From: Nemertoderma westbladi
Taxonomy: Eukaryota > Animalia > Xenacoelomorpha
Length of the DNA stretch: 64,000 bases
Direction of reading: 5' to 3'
Assembly (NCBI GenBank): GCA_032718475.1
Contig: JAUCBJ010006842.1
Location: forward strand, 248,001-312,000
Part shown: positions 12,785 to 26,019 of the stretch, one piece after another
Layout: every line of letters starts with the position of its first letter
Numbering within the stretch: position 1 is the first letter of the stretch
Notes under the pieces: generated by a model
The model's input: only the letters and a program-made list of their open reading frames with translations
What the model was told of the DNA's origin: nothing
The model's database searches: none
Position numbers and translations under genes: made by a program

Positions 12785-12925
12785 CCGTATTATTAGTACT
12801 CAGTATTATTAGTACTCAGTAGTATTGGTACTTACAATTATTAGTACTTATAGTATTAGTACTCAGTATAATTAGTACTCAGTATTATTAGTTCTCAGTA
12901 GTATTAGTACTTAGTATTATTAGTG
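12785..12925. repeat. 16-bp-period minisatellite (AGTATTATTAGTACTC), ~8 copies
   Basis: Directly visible. Confidence 0.9.
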
Positions 12926-14508
12926 TATACGTATACAGTCCGTAGTTCATCACTATTTTAAGCTATATTCTGCACCATTATTGTATTGTTAGCATAGCAT
13001 TATGTATTCGTGGTGATATATAAACTTTGTTATTTAAAATACATACGGCTTTATTTCATCATATATAATCATTAGTTTTCATTATTTAAAATATTAAATA
13101 CACCTCGTTGTTTCAAATTGTAACCATTTTGTTCTTATTGAATATATAAAACATTTCCTATAGTTGTACATTTTGTTGATGTATTGTTGATAATTTGTAG
13201 GTAATAATTTTGGTGGATGGCATTTGGTCGTTTAAATGTCATTTTGAAGGCCAGTTATTATTAGATTTTTGTGCATAATTTATTATTAATAAGTTATTTA
13301 TTATGTTTGAAAAATTAACGTGTGAGTAGTGGTGTCCCTCAGGTGTCATTATCACCTGTGGGATCTAATTTTACTGATACACTAGTAAAAACTTATGTAA
13401 TTTTGAAGAGATAATATGAAGTTTCTTCATATCTCCTATGTAAACCATGGTGGCTACTGACTACAAAAAAAATAAATTTGTTATCAGAAAATATTATTAT
13501 TGCAAAATATAATTAATCCTTCAGAGTATTATTTACACGTATTTATTGTGCTATAAGAAGTGAAAATTTTGTGTATTCTCCGATTCCAAACTTACCTTTC
13601 CAACTGATAAAATTGTTTATTTATCAGATGGGGGGGGGGGGACCCTCGCTAGGGTAAAGTCGGAGCAAATAAAAGCAAAAATAAAACTATTAACCTCGTG
13701 TTATTGACATTCGATTATTATTTTGGTTGCAACAAACATGTCACTGTAACTCCTATTCCTTAATTGATAATTAAATCTGTTCACTTGTTGAACGCAATAT
13801 TAATTCGCCGCGATGGGATTTGCGTCAATAGTCCCCATCATGTCTCTTTATTTTAATATTCATTATCACCTTTATTTTGATTCATTCTGATGTTTTCCTG
13901 ATCAGAAATATATAATGATTAATGGATTAAAATTTCTAAAAAAAAACCAACAATTATCTAGTACGAAATCTGCCGCGAGAATAGGATACATAAAATTTTT
14001 TCTTCTAGATAAATATATTAAGCTATTCAAATATAAGTAGACATTAATATATATTGCAGTACCCAATTGAAACATCAATATTATTGAAGATATTTGTCGT
14101 ATAAAGTTGACTTCGGTACGCATTTGGTACAGGTATAATATGTTTCCAGGATAATTAATTATACAGTTGTATTAGTTTACTATATATTACAATCAGTCGT
14201 TGCAATGCTACTTACACATAACATACATGTATATGACATGTTATTGTTTCGTTAACGTTAACAATATTTAAAGTTTAAGATATAAATATATTATTTACTG
14301 CTATGTTTACCGATAATTTTTGACATATCAAAACTTCAAATGGGTGGTAAATACACAAGTAGTCTGGTGCTGAGAATCCAATGCTAAAGTCCAATATCGA
14401 AATTATCATCTAATAGACAGAAACATACTTATCATATGATCTGTATAGTTTTAAATTACCATTGCTTATTCTGAGCTCTCTCTATATTAATAGTTAACTA
14501 TTAAATAT

Positions 14509-15433
14509 ATCGTCTCTTTCTTGAAAGAACAACACAAGAGCCAAAATCAAAATTGTTCAGCGACGACGATTTGTTGCTTAAAATTCAGATTTTGGTTATT
14601 TTCTATTGTGTTTTCGACTAAAATGTTCAGCACTGTTTATACTTTCGACCTGTAATGTTAAAAATTTCATATGTTCATCTTTTACTCCACAATATTGATT
14701 TTTTTGCACAATTTGGCGCATACGTTGTTTTTGCTGCTATTTTCTGTTTTATTTAAAACAACTTAAGTAGGGCCTACCAATTATAATTTATAACTCGGTA
14801 AAACAACTCAAACGCCTGATTTGGGTTTTTCATAAGAACTTATATGAGGTCATGTATTTACATTAAATATGCTAGTTTATTTTTAGACATATTTTAAGAT
14901 AAAATGTAAAAAAATACCCATTGCTTCGAATTCACATCGATCTGCTGGTCGTGGGTTCGATTCCTGCATGGGGACCAGGGCAGTTTTCGTTTCAACACGA
15001 ATGTTTGAAGGGGACTAACCAAGGCTCATCTCTACTTTGTATCCTTAATTGGTAGATAAATGAGAACCAGTTTTCAGCAATTTCAACTTCAACAGACATA
15101 ATGAATAATTCGTTTGTAACATATTTAAAGTTACAGTATGCAGCATAAAACACATTATAAAACAATGGCATTATTGTGTTATTCCATTGGATAGTCCCAT
15201 GATTACTATGGAAATAAGCATAAAAAGTTGTCACTTAGGTTGTTATAAAAAAAATATTATGCTAAACATGTCGCTTGAGTTGTTATGGTCAGCCCTATAA
15301 CTTATAAACCGTTGATTTTGAGCCTTCGAGACCGTGATAGATCGATAGAGGATGCTCTAATTAGTCAGAAACAATAAAAAAGTGGTTTTTGAAAAATATG
15401 TCGTTTGTGTTGTTCTTTCAAAACAGGGACGAT
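14509..15433. mobile_element. Non-autonomous TIR DNA element (~925 bp), TA-flanked
   Basis: ~30-bp TIRs ATCGTCTCTTTCTTGAAAGAACAACACAA / TTGTGTTGTTCTTTCAAAACAGGGACGAT (3 mismatches). No ORF. Contains a tRNA B-box fragment GGTTCGATTCC at ~14955. Confidence 0.75.
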
Positions 15434-15533
15434 ATATTATATAAAATTTATGTGAACTTCGAGATGAATAATCATCAAGGGTGAAAAGGTGGTAAGCGAA
15501 GCGATATAAATTCTAATATTCTGGTTTTAAATT

Positions 15534-18500
15534 CAGTCAGGTCCCCAGATCCTGCTACCACTATGGCAGTAATTTGGTACTACCTGTAGCTGTCAGCCCA
15601 GTAGGGCAGGCCCGATAAGCATAGCCTATTCATTATTTAGTTGATCAAGAGTGGGTTGGTTTAGCCCCATCAACTAAATAAGTCATTGAGGGCTATAGCG
15701 CCTAGGGCACCATTGAAGGCAAAGGCTTGATACGCATCTGCATTAGAGATGATACACACCCTGCCCTGTCTATACTGGATGCTCCTCTACCAGTGTTAGG
15801 TAACCTAACCCAGGAGGCACACTTGGCTCAAGGTGTAACAAAAGGACCCATACAGTCGGCAGCAGGGCTGTAGGCCATGGATAGGCGGAAGGTAATCAAC
15901 CAATGGCTAGACATGCTGACAAGGTCGGTGGAAGGTAATCAACCAACGGCAACCTACTGCGAAGACGCTTGTAGGAGTTGCGACCACAAGCAGTTTACTC
16001 CCGCAACTGAAAGATATGAGTAGGAGAACCCTCCAGGAGAAATACTGGCTCGGTCGTCGCCTGGGTCAACAAGGACCGCGTCCCTCAGTGGTACACCCGG
16101 CTGGTGTCGATAAATTGGCTACTGGAACAGAAGACAGAGAAGAAAGAAGACCAACCTGTTGAAATGTAAAAAGACACTAAAGATTGCTACAATGAACGCA
16201 CGCACACTGAAAGCACATACCAAACAGGGTGACATGGTTGCTCTGGCAATGGAATATAACATCGACATCATCTGTATCCAAGAATATCGGATTTGCCATT
16301 AGGACACTGCCATGAAGTACAATGACATTGGAAATGGATGGACGTTAGTAACAAGCTCAGCAGTAAGAAACTCGGCCAATGCATCAATTGGTGGAGTAGG
16401 AATTCTGCTAAGCCCATTTGCACTTAAGACCCTAAACAATATCGAATCTATAAATTCCAGGGTTATGATCGCAACATTTGATGGGAATCCCAAGGCAACA
16501 GTTATGTTGCTACAGTCCAACCAATGCCTCAGAGCCAGAACAAGCAGTTAAGTTTTATGAGAACTGACTGGACTTTAACATTGTGTTTCGGAATGTCCTT
16601 TATAATAAAGGACATTCCGAAACACAATGTTAAAGTCATTGCTGGTGACCTGAATGCGCAAATTGGCCCAGAAGACATCAAGGGTTACACCTATAATACC
16701 AGTTCTAACAGAAATGGGTACTTACTTTTAGATCTAATGGAAGAATGTGAATTGATACCAACAAACAATACATTCGAAAAGAGTAAGGGGAAGCTATGGA
16801 CCTTTCAATACCCTAATGGAACCAAAGCACAACTGGATTACATCCTTATAAACAAAAAGTGGAGAAACAGCATGATCAACTGCGAGGCATACAGCTCGTT
16901 CAACCTAATTGGTTCGGACCACAGAATTGTGACTGCAGAGATCAGACTCAGTTTGAGAGCCAGCAAACCCAGGACAAGAAAGCAAATCAACTATGACTGG
17001 GAGAAACTCAGAACTGACAATGCTGTAAAGGATGCTTACACAGTAGAAGTTCAAAACCGCTTTGAAGCACTTCAGTCAATGGATGAAGACTAATCCACCG
17101 ATTCAATATACCAGAATATAATAACAGCCCACAAGGAATCAGCTAAGAGGCATATCCCCCAGAAACCCAAACTAAAACAGTATGTGCCATGGCAAAACTC
17201 TGAGGTTACTTGTAAGAGAGAAAATCTTAAGAGAGTCTACAAAGTTAAAACCGAACAACCAACAACCGAAAACATTAATAAGGTTGAGAAAGCTAAGGAC
17301 GATCTTAAATTAGCCTACAACATCAGCCAGGAAAAGTACATACAGGATAAAACTGAAGCCATTACAACTGCTCACATACAGCCACAATCAAGACTTACCT
17401 GGCAAACTGTAAATGAGGTATCTGGTTGGAAAAGTTGTGCAAATGGGCGCCTCAAAGCCGATAGTCCTGAAGAACGTGTTGGGAAGTGGAAAAATCACTT
17501 CAGCAACTTGCTTGGGCAGCCACCAAACATCGAGGTCAGCCCTACAAGGAAAATATATGACAAGACACTCTACCTATAGAAACAGGGGACTTCACACCTG
17601 CCGAACTCCAAAGAAGCATTAAAAGCATGTCCAATAATAAAGCGAGTGGATTAGATGAAATCCCAGCGGAGATATGGAAAACCGGAGTGCTCAACAGACC
17701 TTTATTGAATGTTTGCAACCGGATGTTAAAAGGGGAAAAGCCACCACCAATTTGGAATAAAGGTCAACTAAAGCCTCTCCCCAAGAAAGGAGACCTCAGC
17801 ATACCAACAAACTATCGTAGGATCTGTCTGCTTGTGGTAGCTGCCAAAATATACAATAAAATGATTCTATATAATAGGATTAGGCCTCACATAGAGAAAC
17901 TACTGCGTAAGAGCTAAAACAGATTTCGACCAAGAAGATCAACAATAGCTTAGATACTTGCACTATGGAGACTGATTGAAGGAATTAAGTCAAAGAATCT
18001 CCCTGCAGTCATGACTTTTGTGGACTTCAAGAAGGCATTCGACTCCATCCATAGAGGTAAAATGCTTGAAATCCTAAGAGCTTATGGAATACCAGAAGTA
18101 ATTGTTGCTGACATTGGATTGTTATATTGTGACACAGAAGCGCAGACGTATTCTCACCAGATGGTGAAACTGAGTTTTTCTCAATCCTGGCTGGCGTACT
18201 GCAAGGTGACACATTAGCACCACTATTGAAACTATTTGTAATTGTGATGGACTACGCAATGAGGACGACCACAAAGGGTGAAGATCTGGGATTCACACTT
18301 CAAGAACGCAGAAGTAGTAGATATCCGGCAACTACAGTCACAGACACCGACTTTGCGGATGACATCACCCTGCTCTCTAATACGCTAGCAGATGCACAGC
18401 TTCTACAAAATAAAGTGGAGAGGGCTGCTAAGGAGGTTAGATTGCATATAAATGCTACCGGTACCAAGACCGAATTCATGACCTTTAATGTTGATGGAAA

Positions 18501-19141
18501 GAAGACAACCATTGATAATAATCAACTAAGGAAGGTCGATGACTACCAGTACCTTGGATCATGGATAGAGAGTAGCAAAAAGGACATAGAAGTTAGGAAA
18601 GCAAAGGCTTGGGTAGCTCTATCAAAAATGGATACCATCTGGAAATCAGATCTCTCCAGGCACCTGAAGACTTTAAGTTCTTTCGAGCCACAGTGGAAAG
18701 TGTATTTTATACGGGGGTGAGACCTGGACACTGACTAAATCACTTGAACAACGAATTGATGGTTGCTACACAAGACTACTGAGGGCAGCCCTAAACTTGT
18801 TATTGTATTATTATTTTATATATACTAAACATCAGCTGGAGACAGCACATGACAAACGCCGAGCTTTATTGCACAATACCCCCTGTATCAACCACCCTCC
18901 GTGAACGCAGATTAAGATTCAGTGGGCACTGCTGGCGAAGTAAAGACGAGGTCATACAAGATCTACTTCTCTGGCAACCAACTCATGGAAAGCGTAGTCG
19001 TGGACGACCAGCCATAACATATATAGATCAACTTGAAAGGGATACTGAACTTGGGAGAAACGAAATTGTGACAACTATGGAGAATCGGGAAGCCTGGAAG
19101 GATCTCATTTCCACTGTCCGAGTTCGCTCGACCTCGTGGTA
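15534..19141 (+). mobile_element. RTE family 2, apparently full-length (5' UTR, APE, RT), multiply frameshifted, 11-bp TSD
   Basis: APE motifs (IATMNARTL, IQEYR, GDLNAQ, LDYIL, SDHR) and RT motifs (FVDFKKAFDS, LQGD, DFADDI, YLGSW, RLRFSGHC). GGTTTTAAATT at 15523-15533 and 19142-19152. Confidence 0.92.
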
Positions 19142-19472
19142 GGTTTTAAATTAATTACAAGATAGATCAGGAAACAATATAAAATTCAACAGAAAGAAAG
19201 CTCATTAAAAAATCATTGCCTTCTTATATTTTTGTATATATGTGACTGTATCCTTCCAATGACTATATAGAAAAATATTATACTTTAATTTCCGGAAAAT
19301 AAAGTAAACCATATATCAACACATTTATCTCACGCCCGGAGATAAAGAACATCTTAAATCCTGGAACTTCAATAACAAATTGGGATTGAAAGGAAATTTA
19401 ACAACAATATATCTATTAGATCGATTTGTAAACAATACAATAAGTTAAATATAAAACTAAAAAAAATCTTTA

Positions 19473-20959
19473 TTAGGAACCGAGAGGTTCATTACTGTAA
19501 GAATTGTTGGCTGATTGATTGACTGGCTGGCTGACTGACTGATCTACAGCCAAAACTACTCTAACGATTTTGATGAAATTTTCACAGTGGCTTGATACCG
19601 CGATTCTAAGGTCCCTGGTATGTTCCGCTATTTTGTCCATGAGCCGTGGGCTCGAAAAATAGACATAAACGAAAAAACGCCATAGGCGCAATGGTAAAAA
19701 ACACCAATAACAGCTGGTGTCGTGATGAAAAATGGCTTATGTAATGCATTTCTACAGAAGGCTTAGTAATAAATCGATGAGGTTGCCAAGATTATTATAC
19801 TCAGTACACCCATACTGTTTGTATAGGCCACCACTCTCTGTCAAAGCAAACATTAACGGGTTGGTTTAGTTTGAAATCTAATATCGCCTCAGCTGAATTA
19901 CTCTTCCCAATGCAATCTATGGGAATATCTCACTCTGCTAATGTAAGCTGAATGACTTAAGTACACAGTGTGTTGGCTACATTAATGCCAACATTATTGC
20001 AAAATGTTTTATTGTTTGATTACTCTCTGTCAGTCTCCCCTTCAGAACATTGTATAGGAAATTTACTTTAGTTTACTCTACTGTGCCATTCAGCTGAAGG
20101 GATTTGAGCGATTGCCAAGTTACAGAGTTGGATCATTATCTGACCATAGGCAAAGGCAAATCTTGTTAAAATATACTTTTTCCATGTTTTTTTTTCTGAC
20201 CAAAAATTTCAAAAAAAATTTTTTGTAGCCAGTACTGCCAATCGATTCGCCATCAAAAATAACGCAAAAAAATTTTTTTGCAAAATTTTAAATTACTGTA
20301 AATTTTTGGCGACTGGGGGGGGTCAATTTTTTTCGATCCGCTATAACTCCGGAACGCTTTGTCCAAATTCGATGGGGTTTTCATTTTTCAACTTAATTCG
20401 ATGTCCTCTTTCAGCCTATCCATGTTTCGAAACCCCAAACAACGCCGTTCAAAAATAAATTTTTTCTAGTTCTAGAATTTTACAAATTTCAAAAAAGTTG
20501 CAGTATTTTATTAACGCCTTTACGGAATTCGATAGCGTTTTCGATTTTTATATTAAACGCAATATCCTGAATCTCACTAGCCTAGTTTCGCGTCACCAAT
20601 GCCAAGACTTCATACTTTTTGAGGAAAATTTTTCTAGAATAATTTTTATTTAATTACATTTATCGCGATTTCTTATTACTGGATGCACATGAATTGATGG
20701 AGTTTTCAATTTCTTAACTAAACACGATATCGCGCATCGCACCAGCGTGGTTTCGAAATTCCAAAACGAGGTCTTCACTAGTTGCAGGTCGATTTTGTTC
20801 TAGAATGGAGCAACTAATAATAGATCGAATTTATTAATAATTATTGTATGAAATATGATTGTATTTTTACATAATTATTAGTTCTATACTAATTCTCGTT
20901 GTCTCTTTTATTTAAAATAAAAAGTCGGTTCCTTATCGGGCCGCTAGGCCCGTCACTAG
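19473..20959 (+). mobile_element. Helentron-associated non-autonomous element (HINE/DINE-1-like), unit A1
   Basis: 5' TTAGGAACCGA subTIR with hairpin GAACC-GAGA-GGTTC, (CTGA/CTGG)n microsatellite, 3' subTIR TCGGTTCCTTA, hairpin CGGGCC-GCTA-GGCCCG, terminal CTAG followed by TT. Confidence 0.85.
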
Positions 20960-22053
20960 TTAGCAAGTCGTTAGACTTGATTACTGTAAGAATTGTTAGC
21001 TGACTGACTGGCTGACTGGCTGACTGACTGGCTGATCTACAGCCAAAACTGCTCTAACGATTTTGATGAAATTTTCACAGCATCTAGATACCGCGATTCT
21101 AAGGTCCCTGGCATGATCGGCTACTCCGTCCATAGCCTCTGGGCTCGAAAAATAGAGATAAACGAAAAAAACGCCATAGGCGCAATGGTAAAAAAATAAC
21201 ACCCATGACAGCTGGTGTCCTGATGAAAAATGGCTTATGTAATGCATTTCTACACAAGGCTTAGTATAAATCGATGAGGTTGCCAAGATTATTGTACTTA
21301 GTACACCCATACTGTTTGTTTAGGCCCTACCAACCACTCTCTGCAAACAAACATCAACTGGTTGGTTTGCTATTCTATAGGGAGCCACCTAACAAGGAAG
21401 TACATACAGTGCCAACTTTATAATCATTCACTGGGTTAGCCGGCTATTACAGCCTCAGCTGAATAACTCTTCCCAATGCTTTCTATGGCGATCTACAAGG
21501 TTACTCTCTCTTCTATGTTAATTGACGTGTAAGCTGATTGACTGTTAGTTACACAGTGTGTTGGGTACTATTGGATTGCACTGTATTTATAATAATAATT
21601 GTTTTATTTTTAAATCTTTCGGCCAACATTAATTCTGTGGAGGCAGTATGCTTATAAGGTGGAATGTTTACTCAGCCTCATACTGATACTGTGTAAGGCT
21701 AACACTAACATTATAGTTTGAAATATATATATCACTGCTTATTATCTGTATCAGGATACACACTGGCATTCTAAATGTTTTATACTGTAGGTGATTGACA
21801 TTGTGCAAGCTGAATGACTGTTAGTTCTTTCAGACCATAGCCAAACATTGTTGAGGGAATTTAGTTTAGTTCACTCTACTGTGCCATTCAACTGAATGAA
21901 TTTGAGCAATTTTGCCAAATTACAGAGTGGGATCTCTCTCTGACCATAGGTAAATAGCCCTTCCATTCTGACCATAGGTAAACATTGTTGAGGGAATTTA
22001 TATTTGATTGATGACTTCCGACTTGCTTAACGGCGTCTTGACGCCGTCTCTAG
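20960..22053 (+). mobile_element. HINE-like unit B with different, co-varied termini
   Basis: 5' TTAGCAAGTCG with hairpin CAAGTC-GTTA-GACTTG. 3' CGACTTGCTTA, hairpin ACGGCGTC-TT-GACGCCGT, CTAG. Same 5' core as A. Confidence 0.85.
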
Positions 22054-23850
22054 TTAGGAACCGAGAGGTTCATTACTGTAAGAATTGTTAGCTGACTGGC
22101 TGACTGGCTGGCTAATCTATAGCCAAAACTACTCTAACGATTTTGATGAAATTTTCACAGCGGCTGGTTACCGCGATTCTAAGGTCCCTGGTATGTTCCG
22201 CTATTTCGTCCATGAGCCGTGGGCTCGAAAAATAGACATAAACGAAAAAACGCCATAGGCGCAATGATAAAAACACCAGCTGGCACTAATCAAAAATGGA
22301 TAGAGATAGCCTAGTAATGCTATTCTATAGGAATGGCCACCTAACAAGGAAATGCTTTCTCTGCCAAGTATTATCCTCACTCTACAACTCAGACAGTAAG
22401 CAAACAAAAGCCGTGGGATTCTAATGTATTACATCATAAGCTGATTGCTCTCCCAATAGCCCTCACACACTCACTGAATCCAATGAAATCGAATATCTAT
22501 TAGCTTAATGCGAATAGCTGGTAAGCTGAATGCCATTTTAGTTATTGTGTAGGCCTACTACTGTTGACTGTAGAGTAGACTGCTATGTTGCATGTATTTA
22601 ATTAAAATAATTTTCGTAGAGGGAAGTTAATTTGGGATTACTCTCTATCAGGTGTAAGCAAAGCTGTTCAATGGGGTGGGCAATGGGACCCAAATATAGC
22701 ACATTATGCATGGCAACGATTTCTGATATAATTAAAATACAAATTGATTTATTTTTATTTTTATTTTATATCTATTTTATTGATAAAATAATAATATGAT
22801 TTTACCGAATTTCATTTACCCCGTTGGGGAGTGTATATTATTATACTATTATTAAAATACAAGACAGGGGCTTGTTTCGATATATGTAGTTGCGCCCTTC
22901 GAGCAGCACGTGAGTAACATCAAATATTAGACACAATGTTTGACTTTGTCCCTTCTAGCAGCACGTGAGTTTTGCTTTGACCCTTGATATATGATGTTGC
23001 GCCCTTCGAGCAGCACGTGAGTTACATCAAATAATAGACACACTGTTTGACTTTGTCCCTTCGAGCAGCACGTGAGTTTGGCTTTGACCCTTTCAGCAGC
23101 GTGTGCCAATCGAGCCGAATCATACTGATCGAGCCGAATAGAACCAATCGAGGCGGTCAAGCCGAGTCGAGCCCAATCGAGCCGAGTCAAGCCGAACGGA
23201 GCCGAGTTGAGCCCAATCAAGCCTAGTCGAGCCGGACTGAGGTGAGGCAAGCCCAATCGAGTCGAGTCGAGCCCAATAGAGCCGAGTCGAGCCCAATCAA
23301 TCCTAGTCGAGCCTAATTGAGCCGGACCGAGCCAAGTCGAGCCCAATCGAGCCAGACTGAGCCAAGTTGAGACAAATCGAGCCGAGTCAAGCCCAATCAA
23401 TCCCAACCGAGCCGAGTCGATCGGATTGAGCCCAATTGAGCCAAGTCTAGCCAGACCGAGCCGAGTCGAACCCAATCGAGCCGATTGAGCCGAATCGAGC
23501 TGAGTCGACTCAGACCGAGCTGAGCCGAGCCCAATTGAGCCGTGTCACGCCAAATTGAGCCGGATTGAGTCGAGTCGAGCCCAATCAAGCCGAGTCGAGC
23601 CCATTCGAATCGAGTCGAGCCCAATAGAGCCGAGTCGAGCCCAATCAAGACTAAGTCGAGCCCAATCGAGCCGGACTGAGCCAAGTTGAGCCAAATCAAG
23701 CCGAGTCAAGCCCATTCAATCCCAATCGAGCCGATTCGAGCCCAATCGAGCCGAGTCGAGCCCAATCGAGCCAAGTCGAGCCGAGCTCATTGTCTCTTTT
23801 ATTTGAAATAAAAAGTCGGTTCCTTATCGGGCCGCTAGGCCCGTCACTAG
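22054..23850 (+). mobile_element. HINE-like unit C (A-type termini, different interior)
   Basis: A-type ends. Interior holds a LINE-like 3' stem-loop (~22815-22835), repeated CCCTTCGAGCAGCACGTGAGT blocks (22890-23100) and a pentamer satellite. Confidence 0.85.
23105..23790. repeat. Pentamer-based satellite (GAGCC/GAGTC/CAATC units)
   Basis: Directly visible. Source of the spurious LGS/ARL ORFs. Confidence 0.95.
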
Positions 23851-25366
23851 TTAGGAACCGAGAGGTTCATTACTGTAAGAATTGTTGGCTGATTGATTGA
23901 CTGGCTGGCTGACTGACTGACTGATCTACAGCCAAAACTACTCTAACGATTTTGATGAAATTTTCACAGCGGCTAGATACCGCGATTCTAAGGTCCCTGG
24001 TATGTTCCGCTATTTCGTCCATGAGCTGTGGGCTCGAAAAATGGACATAAACGAAAAAACGCCATAGGCGCAATGGTAAAATAACACCAATAACAGCTGG
24101 TGTCGTGATGAAAAATGGCTTATGTAATGCATTTCTACACAAGGCTTAGTATAAATCGATGAGGTTGCCAAGATTATTGTACTTAGTACACCCATACTGT
24201 TTGTTTAGGCCCTGCACTCTTTGTCAAAGCAAATATTAACTGGTTGATTTAGTTTGTGGTTCTAGACATGCTTAGTATAAATCGATGAGGCTGCCAACTG
24301 GTTGGTTTAGTTTGCAATCTATTACCGCCTCAGCTGAATAACTCTTCCCCCTGCTGAATGACTATTAGGTATACAGTGTATCGGCTACATTAATGCCAAC
24401 ATTATTGCAAAATGTTTTATTGTTTGATTACTCTCTGTCAGTCTCCCCTTCAGAACATTGTATAGGAAATTTACATTAGTTTACTCTACTGTGCCATTCA
24501 GCTGAATGGATTTGAGCGATTGCCAAGTTACAGAGTTGGATCATTCTCTGACCATAGGCAAAGGCAAATCTTGTTAAAATATACTTTTTCCATGTTTTTT
24601 TTCTGACCAAAAATTTCAAAAAAAATTTTTCGTAGCCAGTACTGCCAATCGATTCGCCATCAAAAATAACGCAAAAAATTTTTTTTGCAAAATTTTAAAT
24701 TACTGTAAATTTTTGGCGACTGGGGGGGGTCAATTTTTTTCGATCCGCTATAACTCCGGAACGCTTTGTCCAAATTCGATGGGGTTTTCATTTTTCAACT
24801 TAATTCGATGTCCTCTTTCAGCCTATCCATGTTTCGAAACCCCAAACACCGCCGTTCAAAAATAAATTTTTTCTAGTTCTAGAATTTTACAAATTTCAAA
24901 AAAGTTGCAGTATTTTATTAACGCCTTTACGGAATTCGATAGCGTTTTCGATTTTTATATTAAACGCAATATCCTGAATCTCACTAGCCTAGTTTCGCGT
25001 CACCAATGCCAAGACTTCATACTTTTTGAGGAAAATTTTTCTAGAATAATTTTTATTTAATTACATTTATCGCGATTTCTTATTACTGGATGCACATGAA
25101 TTGATGGAGTTATCAATTTATTAACTAAACACGATATCGCGCATCGCACCAGCGTGGTTTCGAAATTCCAAAACGAGGTCTTCACTAATTGCAGGTCGAT
25201 TTTGTTCTAGAATGGAGCAACTAATAATAGATCGAATTTATTAATAATTATTGTATGAAATATGATTGTATTTTTACATAATTATTAGTTCTATACTAAT
25301 TCTCGTTGTCTCTTTTATTTAAAATAAAAAGTCGGTTCCTTATCGGGCCGCTAGGCCCGTCACTAG
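23851..25366 (+). mobile_element. HINE-like unit A2, near-identical to A1
   Basis: Colinear with 19473-20959, with a few substitutions and one short internal duplication. Ends CACTAG|TT. Confidence 0.88.
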
Positions 25367-26019
25367 TTATGATTTGTGACTTTCTATTTGAGCTATTTGG
25401 CAATACAATATATGTTGGGGCTATGAAACTTACAGGATTTCGCTGACTAACACATTGGAATATTATATTATTTGTACTTTAAGCTATAATTTAGTTTGTT
25501 TATTGGTGTGAGTATTTCGCAGATGGCTTTGGCATTTGGGGAGATAAATACACATAAAATGAGTCACTAAAAAAAGCGCAAATAATATTTTAATATACAA
25601 GTAGCATGGAAAACAGTCAGTAAGAGGGAATAATTCTTGGGTAGTAATTAAATAATATGTTTTGTATTAATTTAAAATATATTGTAAAAAATTATCAATG
25701 TGGAATTAGACTAATCAGATACAATTATAATTTCAGTTGACTCCAGGGCTAGTCCATTGGAAAATACATTGGCCATGTGAAATGTAGAACAGACTTTATG
25801 TTGTTTTATTTCACTTTTACAGCACCTCCTGGAGAAGTATATCTGGCTTTCACTAGGAACTATAGTAGTTAGTTACAGGCTAGGTTGAATATAAACAAAA
25901 CAATAAACGTTTTAGTATCTGAGAAAATTGTAAGATATGAAAAGCGCTATTAAACATTAAATAAATACATAAAAAACAAAAGTGAAAACCTATTCTTCAC
26001 ATATAATCTTCACGTTTTA

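Noticed and set aside
22927-23699. Leu/Gly/Ser/Arg repeat ORFs
   Set aside because: Antisense translation of a pentamer satellite.
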